NCBI GenBank assembly: GCA_035714745.1
Contig: DASTLR010000007.1
Span: forward strand, 6,205-70,204
Direction: 5' to 3'
Origin: Minisyncoccota bacterium
Lineage (GTDB): Bacteria; Patescibacteriota; Minisyncoccia; Phycocordibacterales; UBA6065
DNA: 64,000 bases
Below, one piece after another: positions 26,056 to 36,270 of this stretch. The position numbers were made by a program, and so were the translations under genes. Numbering within the stretch: the first letter of the stretch is position 1; each line of letters starts with the position of its first letter. The notes beneath the pieces were generated by a model that was given only the letters and a program-made list of their open reading frames with translations, was not told where the DNA came from and ran no database searches.

Positions 26056-26919
26056 ATGTGGTTCATCTACGCGCTTTCAGGCGCACTAATATCATCGTTT
26101 CGAAAGATAAACGAAAAGCATCTAAGCCATGCGGTCGATCATTTGCATTTAGCATGGATGACGCGACTAGCATCATTGCCTGTGATAGCAGCGCTTGCAG
26201 CCATGACCGGACAGCTCTTGGTAGATCGCCCGCTGTCGATGTCGTTTTGGGTCAGCCTGACCGTCGTCATCTGCGTGACGACGCCGCTCGATACGATTGT
26301 GTATCTACAGAGCCTACAGCACGGGCAGCTATCAAAGATATCCCCACTCCTTTCTTTGTGGCCAGCGCTCACGCTTGTGACCGGCGCTGTTTTCTTGAAG
26401 CAGATTCCAAGCATTGCGGCCGTACTGGCAGTGCTCATCATTGTAGTCGGAGTATATGTATTGAATACAAAGCGAGGTGAGGGAAATGTCTTTCGTAACC
26501 TGTGGAACGATCGCGGCACGCGCTTTGCCCTCATTGGAATCGTCACGCTTGCCTGTAACTCGACTCTAGGCGCGATCGGGGTCGCCCAGTCGGCGCCGCT
26601 GTTCTTCGCTCTCTGGATGACCATCGGGTCAGTAGTGGTCCAGTTCGTGTACGCTCAGATCATCGCGCCAGGCAAATATCGCGGCGCGAACAAGGGCATG
26701 ATCGCTCAAAACGGCGCCATTCAGGGCTCCGCGGCCGCTTTCTATTTTTACGCCGTGGCGACGGGGCCGATCGCCTATGTGACGGCCATCCGGTCGCTCT
26801 CCTCTACGTTCTCGGCCATCTTTGGCGCCCGCGCTTTCAATGAAGACCTGGGTAGGCGCAAGATCATCGCCCTTGCACTGATCGCTGTCGGCGCAGTTGC
26901 GCTGGGCTTACTGACATAA
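26056..26919 (+). CDS. EamA/DMT-family transporter
   Basis: About ten TM helices with two-fold internal repeat architecture typical of drug/metabolite transporters. Confidence 0.65.
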   Translation: MWFIYALSGALISSFRKINEKHLSHAVDHLHLAWMTRLASLPVIAALAAMTGQLLVDRPLSMSFWVSLTVVICVTTPLDTIVYLQSLQHGQLSKISPLLSLWPALTLVTGAVFLKQIPSIAAVLAVLIIVVGVYVLNTKRGEGNVFRNLWNDRGTRFALIGIVTLACNSTLGAIGVAQSAPLFFALWMTIGSVVVQFVYAQIIAPGKYRGANKGMIAQNGAIQGSAAAFYFYAVATGPIAYVTAIRSLSSTFSAIFGARAFNEDLGRRKIIALALIAVGAVALGLLT

Positions 26920-26982
26920 AGCTTGCATTATTGATCCGCGGCGCTGATTGTTTGCCATCTGCCAGCATCCCTATCACCATGC

Positions 26983-27444
26983 TCAGAGCGCTCTTTCGAG
27001 ACCCAGCTCGATCTCTTTGAATCCGGAATTCTTGTAGAAGCCGATAGCCTTTGCGTTGTCGAAATAGACTCGGACAAAGACCCGGTCGAAACCCTTCTCT
27101 TTAGCTATCTTGAAGCATTCGTCTAGGAGCATCCTCCCCACGCCTTTTGATCGATAAGCAGGGCTTACTCCCATATCATTCACTTCCAAGTATCTGCTTT
27201 TGCGCCCTACTTCTTCTTTTTTGCTTCCTGCCAAATAGCCGATCCTCTTGCCATTCTCTTCGGCAATGAGACAAAGAGCGTCGGCATCCCTCGCCATCGA
27301 TGTGTAATAGCCCTTTGCTTCATCAGTCAGCGACCACCCAACCTGAGGGTCACTGTCGTATTGTTGGTTGTCGACGAAGACTTCGTTGTTCAGCGCCTGT
27401 AGATACGACACATCCTGACCGGTCGCTCGACGTATGGTTATCAT
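26983..27444 (-). CDS. GNAT-family N-acetyltransferase
   Basis: Acetyl-CoA binding motif A (RSKGVGRMLLDE) and the overall GNAT layout. Confidence 0.82.
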   Translation of the reverse strand: MITIRRATGQDVSYLQALNNEVFVDNQQYDSDPQVGWSLTDEAKGYYTSMARDADALCLIAEENGKRIGYLAGSKKEEVGRKSRYLEVNDMGVSPAYRSKGVGRMLLDECFKIAKEKGFDRVFVRVYFDNAKAIGFYKNSGFKEIELGLERAL

Positions 27445-27610
27445 CCCTTAACTATAGCAGATATACTCCGCCGTGTTCTTTAACAAGGAAAGGGCTATAC
27501 TATCGTCAGCCAGAAAAAACCTATGAAAGCGACCAGCGCCCGCGCGGCCCTGGTGGCGCTACACGGCCGAGAGAAAAAAGAGATTTCCTGGAATCTAAAG
27601 CGGCGATCGC

Positions 27611-28117
27611 CTAGATCCTGTATTGCTTGTGCAGGCTGATCTTGATGCCGTTGGCAACCGCCTTTCTGATGGTGTCCTGGGTGCCGGTCGAGCCGTTGAC
27701 CTGGAAGGCATAGACCTCCTGGGCGGCGCGGACCTCTTCCCTGTCGCGCAGGTCGTAATGCTCCTGGGTGATGGTGGTGTAGGGCATCTCGACCAGGTTG
27801 CGCGGATTGGCCCTCTTGATGGCCCACAGCAGGCGCGCCAGATTGTCGATATCTCGCATGGTCAAGGGAAAGAGCACGCCGTTGGCGCGGTTGTCCTCGA
27901 TGTAGCTCTCCAGGTCGGCGGGGATGATGACTTTCAAGTGGGCGCAGGTCGGATCGAGCCGAAAGGCCTCGTCCATGGCGAAGTAGTCGACGCCGGTGGC
28001 GCCGCCCGTCAGCACGCCGTCGCCGCGGGCGATGACCTCGCGCACGGCCTCTCTGACGTCAGCCTCGACGCGCTTGTCGGTCAAGCGAAAGGTGCCGGTA
28101 AAGAGGACCCATTTCAT
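27611..28117 (-). CDS. DprA/SLOG-family Rossmann-fold protein
   Basis: MKWVLFTGTFRL...VLTGGATGVDYFAMDEA resembles the DprA/LOG-like (SLOG) nucleotide-binding motif. Start set at the internal Met. Confidence 0.4.
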   Translation of the reverse strand: MKWVLFTGTFRLTDKRVEADVREAVREVIARGDGVLTGGATGVDYFAMDEAFRLDPTCAHLKVIIPADLESYIEDNRANGVLFPLTMRDIDNLARLLWAIKRANPRNLVEMPYTTITQEHYDLRDREEVRAAQEVYAFQVNGSTGTQDTIRKAVANGIKISLHKQYRI

Positions 28118-28211
28118 ACGTAGATAAGATAGTATCATATTTCGCCATCCATGAAGCCGTCTGCTACACTTCTTTCGTACCAATAATGCAGACCGCATAA
28201 GCAAAGAACGA

Positions 28212-28637
28212 ATGCCCAACAAACAAACCATCACTGTCGAGACCTCGATCCAGGCGCCCGTCGAGCGCGTATGGGAGATATGGAACGAGCCCGAGCATAT
28301 CGTGCGATGGTGCCACGCCTCGGACGACTGGGAGGCTCCGACCGCCGAGAACGACCTGCGCGTCGGCGGGACCTTCCGCACAGTCATGGCCGCCCGCGAC
28401 GGCAGCGCCCGCTTCGATTTCGCGGGAACGTACGCGCGGGTGACGCCGCACAGGGAGATCGACTACGTCATGGCCGACGGGCGCCGGGTCTCTGTCCGCT
28501 TCGAGACCGTGGGCAGCGCCACAAAGATCGCCGAGACCTTTGATCCGGAGAGCGAGAACCCCCTAGAGATGCAGCGCGCCGGCTGGCAGGCGATATTAGA
28601 CAACTTCGCCCGCTACGCGGAGAAGGCAGCGAAATAA
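28212..28637 (+). CDS. SRPBCC / AHSA1 (activator of Hsp90 ATPase-like) domain protein
   Basis: ITVETSIQAPVERVWEIWNEPEHIVRW is the START/Bet-v1-like AHSA1 signature. Confidence 0.8.
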   Translation: MPNKQTITVETSIQAPVERVWEIWNEPEHIVRWCHASDDWEAPTAENDLRVGGTFRTVMAARDGSARFDFAGTYARVTPHREIDYVMADGRRVSVRFETVGSATKIAETFDPESENPLEMQRAGWQAILDNFARYAEKAAK

Positions 28638-28640
28638 TAT

Positions 28641-29126
28641 ATGAAGATACAAAAGATCACTCCGTTCCTGTGGTTCGATAGCCGGGCCGAAGAAGCCGCT
28701 CATTTCTACGTCTCGATATTCAAGGATTCCCGGATCCTGGATGTGGCCCGCTACCCCGAGAATTCCCCGGGCAAGGCCGGCTCGGTGATGCTCGTCTCTT
28801 TCGAGCTTTTCGGCCAGAAGTTCTCCGCCCTGAACGGCGGGCCGGTCTTCACATTCACCGAGGCCGTCTCCTTTATGGTCGAGTGCGAGGACCAGGCCGA
28901 GATCGACCATTATTGGAATAGCCTGACCGCCGACGGCGGCAAGGAGGTCGAGTGCGGCTGGCTCAAGGACAAGTACGGCCTCTCCTGGCAGATCGTGCCA
29001 AAGATGTTCTCGGAGCTGATGGCCCGGGGAGACAAGGAGAAGAACGACCGCATGCTCAAGGCCCTCTGGACGATGAAGAAGCTCGACATCGCAGAGCTTC
29101 AAAAGGCGTACGACGGCACGCAGTAA
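28641..29126 (+). CDS. VOC-family protein (PhnB / 3-demethylubiquinone-9 3-methyltransferase-like)
   Basis: ITPFLWFDSRAEEAAHFYVSIF...VSFELFGQKF is the glyoxalase/bleomycin-resistance fold PhnB pattern. Confidence 0.8.
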   Translation: MKIQKITPFLWFDSRAEEAAHFYVSIFKDSRILDVARYPENSPGKAGSVMLVSFELFGQKFSALNGGPVFTFTEAVSFMVECEDQAEIDHYWNSLTADGGKEVECGWLKDKYGLSWQIVPKMFSELMARGDKEKNDRMLKALWTMKKLDIAELQKAYDGTQ

Positions 29127-29156
29127 CGGCAGCGAGCAAAAAGCGAACAAGAAAAA

Positions 29157-29174
29157 GCCACCCCTAGGGGTGGC
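29157..29174. terminator. terminator hairpin GCCACCCC-TA-GGGGTGGC between convergent genes
   Basis: Perfect 8-bp inverted repeat. On the minus strand it is followed by TTTTTCTTGTT, so it terminates the 29182-30015 gene. Confidence 0.55.
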
Positions 29175-29181
29175 TGTGCCG

Positions 29182-30015
29182 TTAGGACGTGACGGCCGCG
29201 ACCTTCTCGTATTTGTTCCTGATAAGGATGCGCGACCGACCAACCTGATCGAGCGGGATGACCTTTACGGCCAGGGCGACGCGATTGTCGGCGTTGAGGG
29301 CCTGCCAATACGCCTCGAGGATCTCCTCGGGACTCCCCCGCAGCGGCATGAGCAAGGGCTCACCATGAAACGACGGCAGCGGATTGCCGTCACCCCTGTA
29401 GGTAGTGACACAGTAGCCGAATCCGCGGCCGATGGTCTGATACCGATAGCCGATCCGCTCGCACGAATCGTCCCGGGACGATTTGCGGATGATGACGATC
29501 TTGTAGTGCCGCTCGCCGGTGATGGGATGGATCCCGAAAACTCCCGTGATGCGCGGAGTAAAGTTCGGCACATCCGATTCGTATGTATAGTCCATGAGAC
29601 CCACATCCATATTCCTCGAAGCCATCACGTCATCGGTCTGGCGGCCATTGCTGACCACAAAATATGCGCCATCGTCGAGCATGGCGTCATAGACGATGAG
29701 CTCAAGCTGTTTCGGATCCGTGGACTTTGACGGGTCGGCGAGCTCGACTGAGAGGCGGCCGAATTCCTGGCCAAAGACGCGATTGCGGCTGCTCTCGCTC
29801 CGCCCCATGATCCAGTAGACCTGGAGGGCGTTATTGCCCTCCTCGTCCATGCCGAGGATGAGGCCCCGGCCGGGATAGGGATTTTGGGCGAGGGCGTTGA
29901 AGTTCTCCAATGCCAGCTGCGCAGGTATCTTCATGACTGAATGTTCAGGATTGAGGTTGAAGGGTTCTTTCCCCACATTAAGCAAGGAAAGTGCTTTGTC
30001 AATGAGATGTCCCAC
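29182..30015 (-). CDS. IMP cyclohydrolase PurO-like protein
   Basis: LQVYWIMGRSESSRNRVF resembles the conserved AYRVSSRSFPNR segment of archaeal-type PurO. Confidence 0.5.
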   Translation of the reverse strand: MGHLIDKALSLLNVGKEPFNLNPEHSVMKIPAQLALENFNALAQNPYPGRGLILGMDEEGNNALQVYWIMGRSESSRNRVFGQEFGRLSVELADPSKSTDPKQLELIVYDAMLDDGAYFVVSNGRQTDDVMASRNMDVGLMDYTYESDVPNFTPRITGVFGIHPITGERHYKIVIIRKSSRDDSCERIGYRYQTIGRGFGYCVTTYRGDGNPLPSFHGEPLLMPLRGSPEEILEAYWQALNADNRVALAVKVIPLDQVGRSRILIRNKYEKVAAVTS

Positions 30016-30257
30016 GCGACGCGAGCCATTCGCGTCGGGGATTTACCTTCCCTTTTCATAGTCAGCAATTGCATACCTCCGGTTTTCTATATTCCAAGCC
30101 ATATCTTTCGGTCAGCAATTGCTAACTATATTTTTAAAACACTGCGCGCCGCGCGTGATTTTGTGCGACCATTTTAGAAATTCTGCCCTGCACAGCACCG
30201 CCTAGCAATTCAAAGGCAGTTAACATCTACATCAGATAGGGATATGATGGAGGGCGA

Positions 30258-30572
30258 ATGTCCCTCATCATCCGCGACCAGCTCGTGACACCGCCGACGT
30301 GGTTCTCGTCCTTTCGCGACCTGACCCTCTACTGCAACGTCTTCCTGCATGCAGAGATCCTCATCGAATCCGAGGATCCCGACCCCTACTGGAAATGGAT
30401 CAAGCCGCGCGGCGGCATGGACTTCATCGAAGATTTCGTCCGGCCCGGCAGCGAGGACGGCGTCAGGCTCGACATCGAGCCGAACTTCCCCCGCACCGTG
30501 GTGACCGACCGCATCGCTCCCGAGAACGTCCATCGGCTCATCGCCCAGCTGAGATTCTGCGGCAGGTTATGA
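30258..30572 (+). CDS. hypothetical protein
   Basis: ORF in the expected frame with reasonable codon usage. No domain recognised. Confidence 0.3.
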   Translation: MSLIIRDQLVTPPTWFSSFRDLTLYCNVFLHAEILIESEDPDPYWKWIKPRGGMDFIEDFVRPGSEDGVRLDIEPNFPRTVVTDRIAPENVHRLIAQLRFCGRL

Positions 30573-30652
30573 CGAGCGGCCACCACCCGCGATCAAGGCG
30601 CCGACTGAAAAGGTTGGCGCCTTTTTCATTGCGTCGTTCGTACTAGAGGCGT

Positions 30653-31189
30653 ATGGAAAGCATAAAGAAGAAAGACTCAAAAAAGATCGGCGTGACGTTC
30701 AGCGCCTTCGACCTCTGCCATGCCGGGCACATGAGGATGCTCAAGGATGCCAAAAATCAGTGCGACTATCTCATCGTCGGCCTGCAGGACGATCCGGCGC
30801 AGTCCACTGACCGAGACTACCGCCTGCGCACGGGCGGCAAGCCAAAGAACACGCCCATCATGTCCCTGGCCGAACGCCGCGAGATCCTGGAGGGCGTCCG
30901 CTACGTCGACGAAATCTTCGTCTATTCTACGGAGGAGGACCTCTTGAACTGGCTGAAAAACAACCGCTACGACGTGCGCATCCTAGGCTCCGACTGGGAG
31001 GGCAAGCCCTACACCGGCCACGACCTGCCGCATACGGCCTACTTCCACCGCCGCGACCACCCCTACTCCACTTCGGAATTGCGCGAGCGCATCTATCTGG
31101 CCGAACATGCCAAGCGCGAGGCCCTAGAGCTCGACCGATCCATCGAGGAGAGCCTCAAAAGCATGCTGAGCGGCCCGCAGAAGGCGTAA
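30653..31189 (+). CDS. cytidylyltransferase-like (glycerol-3-phosphate cytidylyltransferase family)
   Basis: GVTFSAFDLCHAGH is the (H/T)xGH nucleotidyltransferase motif of TagD-like enzymes. Confidence 0.75.
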   Translation: MESIKKKDSKKIGVTFSAFDLCHAGHMRMLKDAKNQCDYLIVGLQDDPAQSTDRDYRLRTGGKPKNTPIMSLAERREILEGVRYVDEIFVYSTEEDLLNWLKNNRYDVRILGSDWEGKPYTGHDLPHTAYFHRRDHPYSTSELRERIYLAEHAKREALELDRSIEESLKSMLSGPQKA

Positions 31190-31254
31190 TCACGGATTAC
31201 AGAGGCAAGAAAAAAGACGCCCGGTGAGGGACGCCCTTGCTATCGAACTGTCGG

Positions 31255-32070
31255 TCACTTCTTGGCTTCGGCCGGCCTGACCGCTTCGAGCAGTCGGACC
31301 GTCACGAGCGAGTATCCGATTGCACCGAGGATGGCTCCGACCGACGCCCCGACGAGCGGCGAATCGAACTTCCATCCGACGACGGTGCCGATCATGGCGT
31401 AGGTGGCGGTCTGGACCCGGGCTTCGCAGTGGATCTTGCGGAACACGAGAGCCGTGAACTTCGCCATGTGCACGAAGAACCACGTGACGCCTTTGCCTAT
31501 CGTCGCGCGGTGCCTGTAGAGCGCCGATACGGTCAAGGTGATCAGGCGCGCGGTGCCAATGGGTAGCAATGACCACCTCAGATCGGAGAACATTTTCTTG
31601 CCATACGCCGCATCGCCGATGATGAGCATGAACATGGCCGGACAAAGTGGCATTGCCGCAGAGAAAAGCAGCGATGCACTCATCGTAACTGATGCCGGGA
31701 GAATATCGCCACCCGAGTAGCCACTTACGATCAAACATACGACAATATTTGTCGCGCTCATTGCCACTCCGACGATCACAAACACAATCGTCCAGCCGGC
31801 CCATCGAAGGAAAGCAACAGTCTTCCGACCAATCCATGCCGCCACCCGACTGAAGTAGAGGCCGAAGTCGCATTCCTTCCAGGCCTCGATGACGGCCACG
31901 GCCACGCTCTTCGGGTCGAGGAGCACGTAGCCCGCCGCACCGCCGGCGATGAGGCCGATGGCGAGCGACAGGAAGGACTTCTCGAACCAGCGGACGCTGA
32001 CAACGGAGCCAAAGAAGGCCCCGGCAAAGATGGCAAAGGCCACCTGGAACAAACGATTCTGAGTCTTCAT
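31255..32070 (-). CDS. hypothetical polytopic membrane protein
   Basis: At least six hydrophobic helices. Start at MKTQNRLF. Confidence 0.4.
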   Translation of the reverse strand: MKTQNRLFQVAFAIFAGAFFGSVVSVRWFEKSFLSLAIGLIAGGAAGYVLLDPKSVAVAVIEAWKECDFGLYFSRVAAWIGRKTVAFLRWAGWTIVFVIVGVAMSATNIVVCLIVSGYSGGDILPASVTMSASLLFSAAMPLCPAMFMLIIGDAAYGKKMFSDLRWSLLPIGTARLITLTVSALYRHRATIGKGVTWFFVHMAKFTALVFRKIHCEARVQTATYAMIGTVVGWKFDSPLVGASVGAILGAIGYSLVTVRLLEAVRPAEAKK

Positions 32071-32349
32071 GAGGAAATTCCCTGTGCCGTGTACCGATGG
32101 CACGGTCCTGAAGTGACGTCAAGGAACGTATATTTTTCATATTATACAATATTAACAGTACTAAATCAATACCCCTCGCCGCCCGCCCTGTCGCGTCAAG
32201 CGGGACAGTGGCCGAATGGCTCAATGGGGCCTTTATAGGGATGGACTTGCGCTCCATACGGGTTCCTGTATACTCCTGGCGCCCCTGAACGACCGTGGAT
32301 GCCGAACTTCCGTTAGCGGGGCCTTCCCTCCCCGCGAAAAGCACGCTAC

Positions 32350-34065
32350 ATGAGAACCATTGCAGTATTGTTAGACCCTTTGAGAAAGGTTGTGTTGGCT
32401 CTGGCCGTGGTCGCAGCGGCAGCGGCCTCGATCCATGCGACGGCATACGCAGCGACGCCCGTTAACGCAAGCGTAAATATCTGGTGGCCGGCCCAGAACG
32501 CCGCCCTCGACGGCACTCAGCCCTTCAAGGCGGTCGTCGACGGCCATGATCTGTCCGACTACGACATGTACTGGTCCGTCGACGGCGGCGGCCAGGTCAA
32601 GATGTACGACAGCCAGGCGGACTATCCCCACAAGGAAGCCATAGTCGACCTCTCCGGATGGAACTGGAGCTCGACCGGGACCTATTCCCTCTCGTTCATA
32701 GCCAAGGACCATTCAGGGAACGAGATCGCCCGCAGCGCGGTGACGATCAAGCACGGCGCGCCTGCCCCAGCGCCTACGGCGCCAAACCCTCTTACAAACC
32801 CTACTGCTCCTACCCCTACCATCTCGGTCGCCCCAGCGACGACCACGGTAACGCCGGTAGAAACCGCAAGGCTTGATATCCGAGTTTGGTGGCCGACGGC
32901 GAACGCGACCGTGAGCGGCGTCCAGCCCCTCAAGGCCGTGCTCGGCTCGAACCTCTCCGCCTATAGGATGTACTGGTCCGTCGATGGCGGGGCCATGACC
33001 GAGATGAAGGACAGCTACGCAGACGCTCCCCACAAGGAGGCGATGATCGACTTTTCCAGCTGGACCTGGAAGGGCTCGAGCGCCTACGTCATCACCCTGA
33101 CGGCCAAGGACCTGAAAGGCAACGTCGTCGGCACCGGCAGCGTCTCGGTGTATGTGAAGAGCGCGGCCCCCGCCCCGGTGGCGGCGTCCGCTCCGACAGT
33201 TTCCTCCGCGAAGCTGTACGTAGACCCCAACAACCCTGCCATCGCCCAGTCGCAGGCATGGGCAAGCTCCCGGCCAGCCGACGCGGCCGTCATGGCCAAG
33301 ATCGGCACCCAGTCCACGGGCATCTGGCTCGGCGGCTGGAACGCAGACGTGCAGTCTGACGTCTCCCGCGCCATGAGCGCCGCTTCGTCCCAGGGCTCGA
33401 TGCCCACCTTCGTGGCATATAACATCCCTGGCCGCGACTGCGGGTCGTATTCGGCCGGCGGCGCCTCGAACGCCAGCGAGTACCTGGGCTGGATACGCAA
33501 GGTATCCGCAGGCCTCGGCTCGGGCAAGGCCATCCTCATCCTCGAGCCGGACGGCATCGCCTCGATCGACTGCCTCTCTGATTCCCAGAAGGCGGACCGC
33601 TACTCGATGCTCTCCCAGGCCCTGGACATCCTGAAAGCGAACAATGCCGGGACCAAGGTCTACGTCGACGCCGGCCACTCCGGCTGGGTGAACGAGACCG
33701 AGATCGCCAGCCGCCTGGCCAAGGCCGGCATCGCCAAGGCAGCCGGGTTCTCCCTGAACGTCTCGAACTTCGTCGGCACGGACGAGAACGTCGCCTACGG
33801 CGCGCGCGTCTCGCAGATCGCCGGCGGAGCGCACTTCGTCGTCGATACCTCCCGAAACGGCTCGGGATCGAACGGAGAGTGGTGCAACCCTTCGGGCAGG
33901 TCGCTTGGCCAGCAGCCGACCCTGTCCACGGGCAAGACCCTCGTAGACGCCTTCCTCTGGGCCAAGAAGCCCGGAGAGTCGGACGGAAGCTGTAACGGCG
34001 GCCCAAGCGCCGGACAGTGGTGGCCAGAGTACGCTCTCGGCCTCGGCCAGAGGGCGGGCTACTAA
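32350..34065 (+). CDS. glycoside hydrolase family 6 (cellulase) with two tandem N-terminal ~120-aa domains
   Basis: Signal peptide and a duplicated WWP...MYWSVDGG...PHKEA domain. The GH6 catalytic motifs are VAYNIPGRDCG, LILEPDGIAS, DAGHSGW and LWAKKPGESDG. Confidence 0.88.
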   Translation: MRTIAVLLDPLRKVVLALAVVAAAAASIHATAYAATPVNASVNIWWPAQNAALDGTQPFKAVVDGHDLSDYDMYWSVDGGGQVKMYDSQADYPHKEAIVDLSGWNWSSTGTYSLSFIAKDHSGNEIARSAVTIKHGAPAPAPTAPNPLTNPTAPTPTISVAPATTTVTPVETARLDIRVWWPTANATVSGVQPLKAVLGSNLSAYRMYWSVDGGAMTEMKDSYADAPHKEAMIDFSSWTWKGSSAYVITLTAKDLKGNVVGTGSVSVYVKSAAPAPVAASAPTVSSAKLYVDPNNPAIAQSQAWASSRPADAAVMAKIGTQSTGIWLGGWNADVQSDVSRAMSAASSQGSMPTFVAYNIPGRDCGSYSAGGASNASEYLGWIRKVSAGLGSGKAILILEPDGIASIDCLSDSQKADRYSMLSQALDILKANNAGTKVYVDAGHSGWVNETEIASRLAKAGIAKAAGFSLNVSNFVGTDENVAYGARVSQIAGGAHFVVDTSRNGSGSNGEWCNPSGRSLGQQPTLSTGKTLVDAFLWAKKPGESDGSCNGGPSAGQWWPEYALGLGQRAGY

Positions 34066-34608
34066 GGCCGCAGAATGCTCGGAAGATTGTCGCGAAACGC
34101 TCGGCTCCCTGCCGGGCGTTTTGCTATGAGGCCGCCCCCTCTTCAAAAAATGACGTTCGTCAAAATGGAGTTTTAAAGCTCCATTTCGGCGAAAAGGAAA
34201 TTTTGCGATATCCTTGCCTCCGAAGCAGCATAAGTCTTTGCATGTAAAACTATCCATGCTAGATTTATGCCAGTGCCACTGTTCTTCAGCCTTCGGGCAT
34301 GTGCGAGTAATACGCGGAAACCTAGCTTGCCGGCGAGTAATGGTGGACCTGTTGCGCCACGATGAATACCGGATCGAAAGAAGGGTTCGCGACCTATCAG
34401 ATAGTTGGCGGGGTAATAGCCCACCAAGTCTATGACGGGTAGCTGTCGTTGAGATACACACAGCCGGAGAAGAACGCAATCAGACGCACGATATAGAAAT
34501 GACCGGCCGGTCATGACGCCGGAGTATATACCCGGCCTTAAGGAGACCCTCGGGCCCACCCGAGCTATCCGAGCCCCGACTTCGCGTCGGGGCTTTTGCT
34601 ATATACTT

Positions 34609-35289
34609 ATGGCCATGACCCTCTTCACCCACCTACCCCAGAACGTCGCGGCGATATACAAAGGGAAGAATCTAGCCTGGCAGGCCGCGGCAGTCGCCCT
34701 GACCTATGCCATCGTGGCAAGCGGCCTGGACTGGAGGTATTTCCTGGCCACGCGCCCTATCCCCTGGTCGGCCGTCATGCCGGCCGTGGCCCTGGGCGGC
34801 ATCGTGCCGATCGTCCTGCCGCTCTGCGTCGTAGCCGTCGGCTCCCTGCGCAAGGACGCGCTCCTTAGGGCGCAGGGCTGGGCACTGGGCCAGGCAACGC
34901 TTCTGGGCCTGCTCATATCTTCCTTGTACAAGGCGTTCACCGGCCGCATCCCGCCCGAACTGGCGACAGGCCTCGGCGGCGCGGACTCCCTCATGGATAT
35001 CAGCCACGGCTTCCAGCTGGGCTTTCTCCGCGGCGGCGTCTTTTGGGGCTGGCCATCCTCGCATACCGCCGTAGCCTTTGCCCTGGGCGCGGCGCTCTAT
35101 GCTATCTCCCCCGGCAGGCCCTGGCGCTGGGCGAGCCTGGCCTGGGCTCTCTACGTCGGCCTGGCGGTCTCGGTCTCGATCCACTGGCTCTCCGAATTCG
35201 TCGCCGGCGCCATCATCGGCACGGTCATAGGCCTGGCCGTAGGACGTGGTATAATGGCTCAATGGCAAGCAAAAAGAACCTCATCATAG
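34609..35289 (+). CDS. PAP2-family phosphatase (membrane)
   Basis: KAFTGRIPP (KxxxxxxRP), WPSSHTA (PSGH) and SIHWLSEFVAG (SRxxxxxHxxxD-like) motifs are present. Start at the internal Met. Confidence 0.72.
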   Translation: MAMTLFTHLPQNVAAIYKGKNLAWQAAAVALTYAIVASGLDWRYFLATRPIPWSAVMPAVALGGIVPIVLPLCVVAVGSLRKDALLRAQGWALGQATLLGLLISSLYKAFTGRIPPELATGLGGADSLMDISHGFQLGFLRGGVFWGWPSSHTAVAFALGAALYAISPGRPWRWASLAWALYVGLAVSVSIHWLSEFVAGAIIGTVIGLAVGRGIMAQWQAKRTSS

Positions 35290-35654
35290 GCATAGCGGCC
35301 GTCATCGCCGTGGCCGCTGCGGCATACCTCCTCTTCGGCATGCCGAAGAACGGCCCTGTCGTCATAACCCGCGAGCTTACCCAGGCCGATAACGGCAAGG
35401 CCGTAGACATGAACAGAGGCGACCGCTTGGTCATCAAGCTCGGCGACAAGGAATCCTGGGCCCTCTCCATCAAGCCGACCGGCGTCATCGACCGAGCCAA
35501 GAACATAGCGGCCGTGCGCGGTTCTCAGGGCGTCTATACGGCCAATACCGTCGGAACCGCCGTCGTCACGGCCCAGGGCCGCCCCGTCTGCGCCTCGGGC
35601 ACCATGTGCGCGCAGTACATAATCGAGTTCGCCGCCACGGTGAACGTCAAATAG
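35262..35654 (+). CDS. small membrane-anchored extracellular protein
   Basis: MASKKNLIIG anchor followed by a beta-rich domain. A chagasin/I42-like inhibitor fold is possible but the motif match is weak. Confidence 0.35.
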   Translation: MASKKNLIIGIAAVIAVAAAAYLLFGMPKNGPVVITRELTQADNGKAVDMNRGDRLVIKLGDKESWALSIKPTGVIDRAKNIAAVRGSQGVYTANTVGTAVVTAQGRPVCASGTMCAQYIIEFAATVNVK

Positions 35655-35655
35655 C

Positions 35656-36255
35656 ATGAGCCTGCTCGCGTTCATGGGAGTAGTGGGCGGCGTCTGCTCG
35701 CTCGCGGGCTATGTCCCCTATGCCCGCGAGATCATCCAGGGCAAAAGCGCTCCTCAGCGCGCCTCGTGGCTGATCTGGACCCTCTCCAGCTGCCTGGTGC
35801 TCTTTTCATACTGGGAGGTCGGCGCCCGCACGACCATCTGGCTCCCCCTGGCCTACGTCATCGGCTCCGCCTTCATCACCGTCCTGGCCTATACCCACGG
35901 CAAGGAAGGTTGGGGCGTCCTCGAGCAATTGGCCCTGGTGGTAGCCATCATCTCGTCGATCCGCTGGATCTACTTCGCTCAGCCGTTCGTCACCCTAGCC
36001 CTGAACATGGCCATCGGCTTTTTGGGCTATCTGCCGACGATCAAGGCCCTGGCCCTGAACAAGACGAAGAGCGAGGAGCTGGCCCTGGAGGGGTGGACGC
36101 TCTTCTTCTTGGGCTCGATCTTTAACCTGATGGCCGTCTCTTCGTGGACCATGACCATCGCCGCCGTGCCGATCGTCATCTTCGTCATGAACGGCATCAT
36201 ATTGGGCCTGTCCCTGCGCAACTCCTTGGCCCAGGAGAGGACGCCGACGCTCTAG
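35656..36255 (+). CDS. hypothetical 6-TM membrane protein
   Basis: Six hydrophobic helices. The start is 2 nt after the previous gene. Confidence 0.4.
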   Translation: MSLLAFMGVVGGVCSLAGYVPYAREIIQGKSAPQRASWLIWTLSSCLVLFSYWEVGARTTIWLPLAYVIGSAFITVLAYTHGKEGWGVLEQLALVVAIISSIRWIYFAQPFVTLALNMAIGFLGYLPTIKALALNKTKSEELALEGWTLFFLGSIFNLMAVSSWTMTIAAVPIVIFVMNGIILGLSLRNSLAQERTPTL

Positions 36256-36270
36256 GCTGTCATCAGATCC

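Noticed and set aside
29157-29174. GCCACCCCTAGGGGTGGC palindrome as a second CsoR-like operator
   Set aside because: It resembles the csoR operator core (CCCCTAGGGG), but it sits between two convergent stop codons. It is followed by a T-run on the minus strand, so a terminator is the simpler reading.
32713-34479. 588-aa minus-strand ORF and several other long ORFs antisense to GH6, GT2, ABC/HlyD, nrdJ and prfB (e.g. 36331-37839 +, 45353-46801 +, 51745-52797 +, 59733-60914 +, 60358-61731 +)
   Set aside because: They translate to Arg/Gly/Ala/Pro-rich low-complexity protein. They lie exactly opposite genes with strong motif support. Long spurious antisense ORFs are expected at 62-65% GC.
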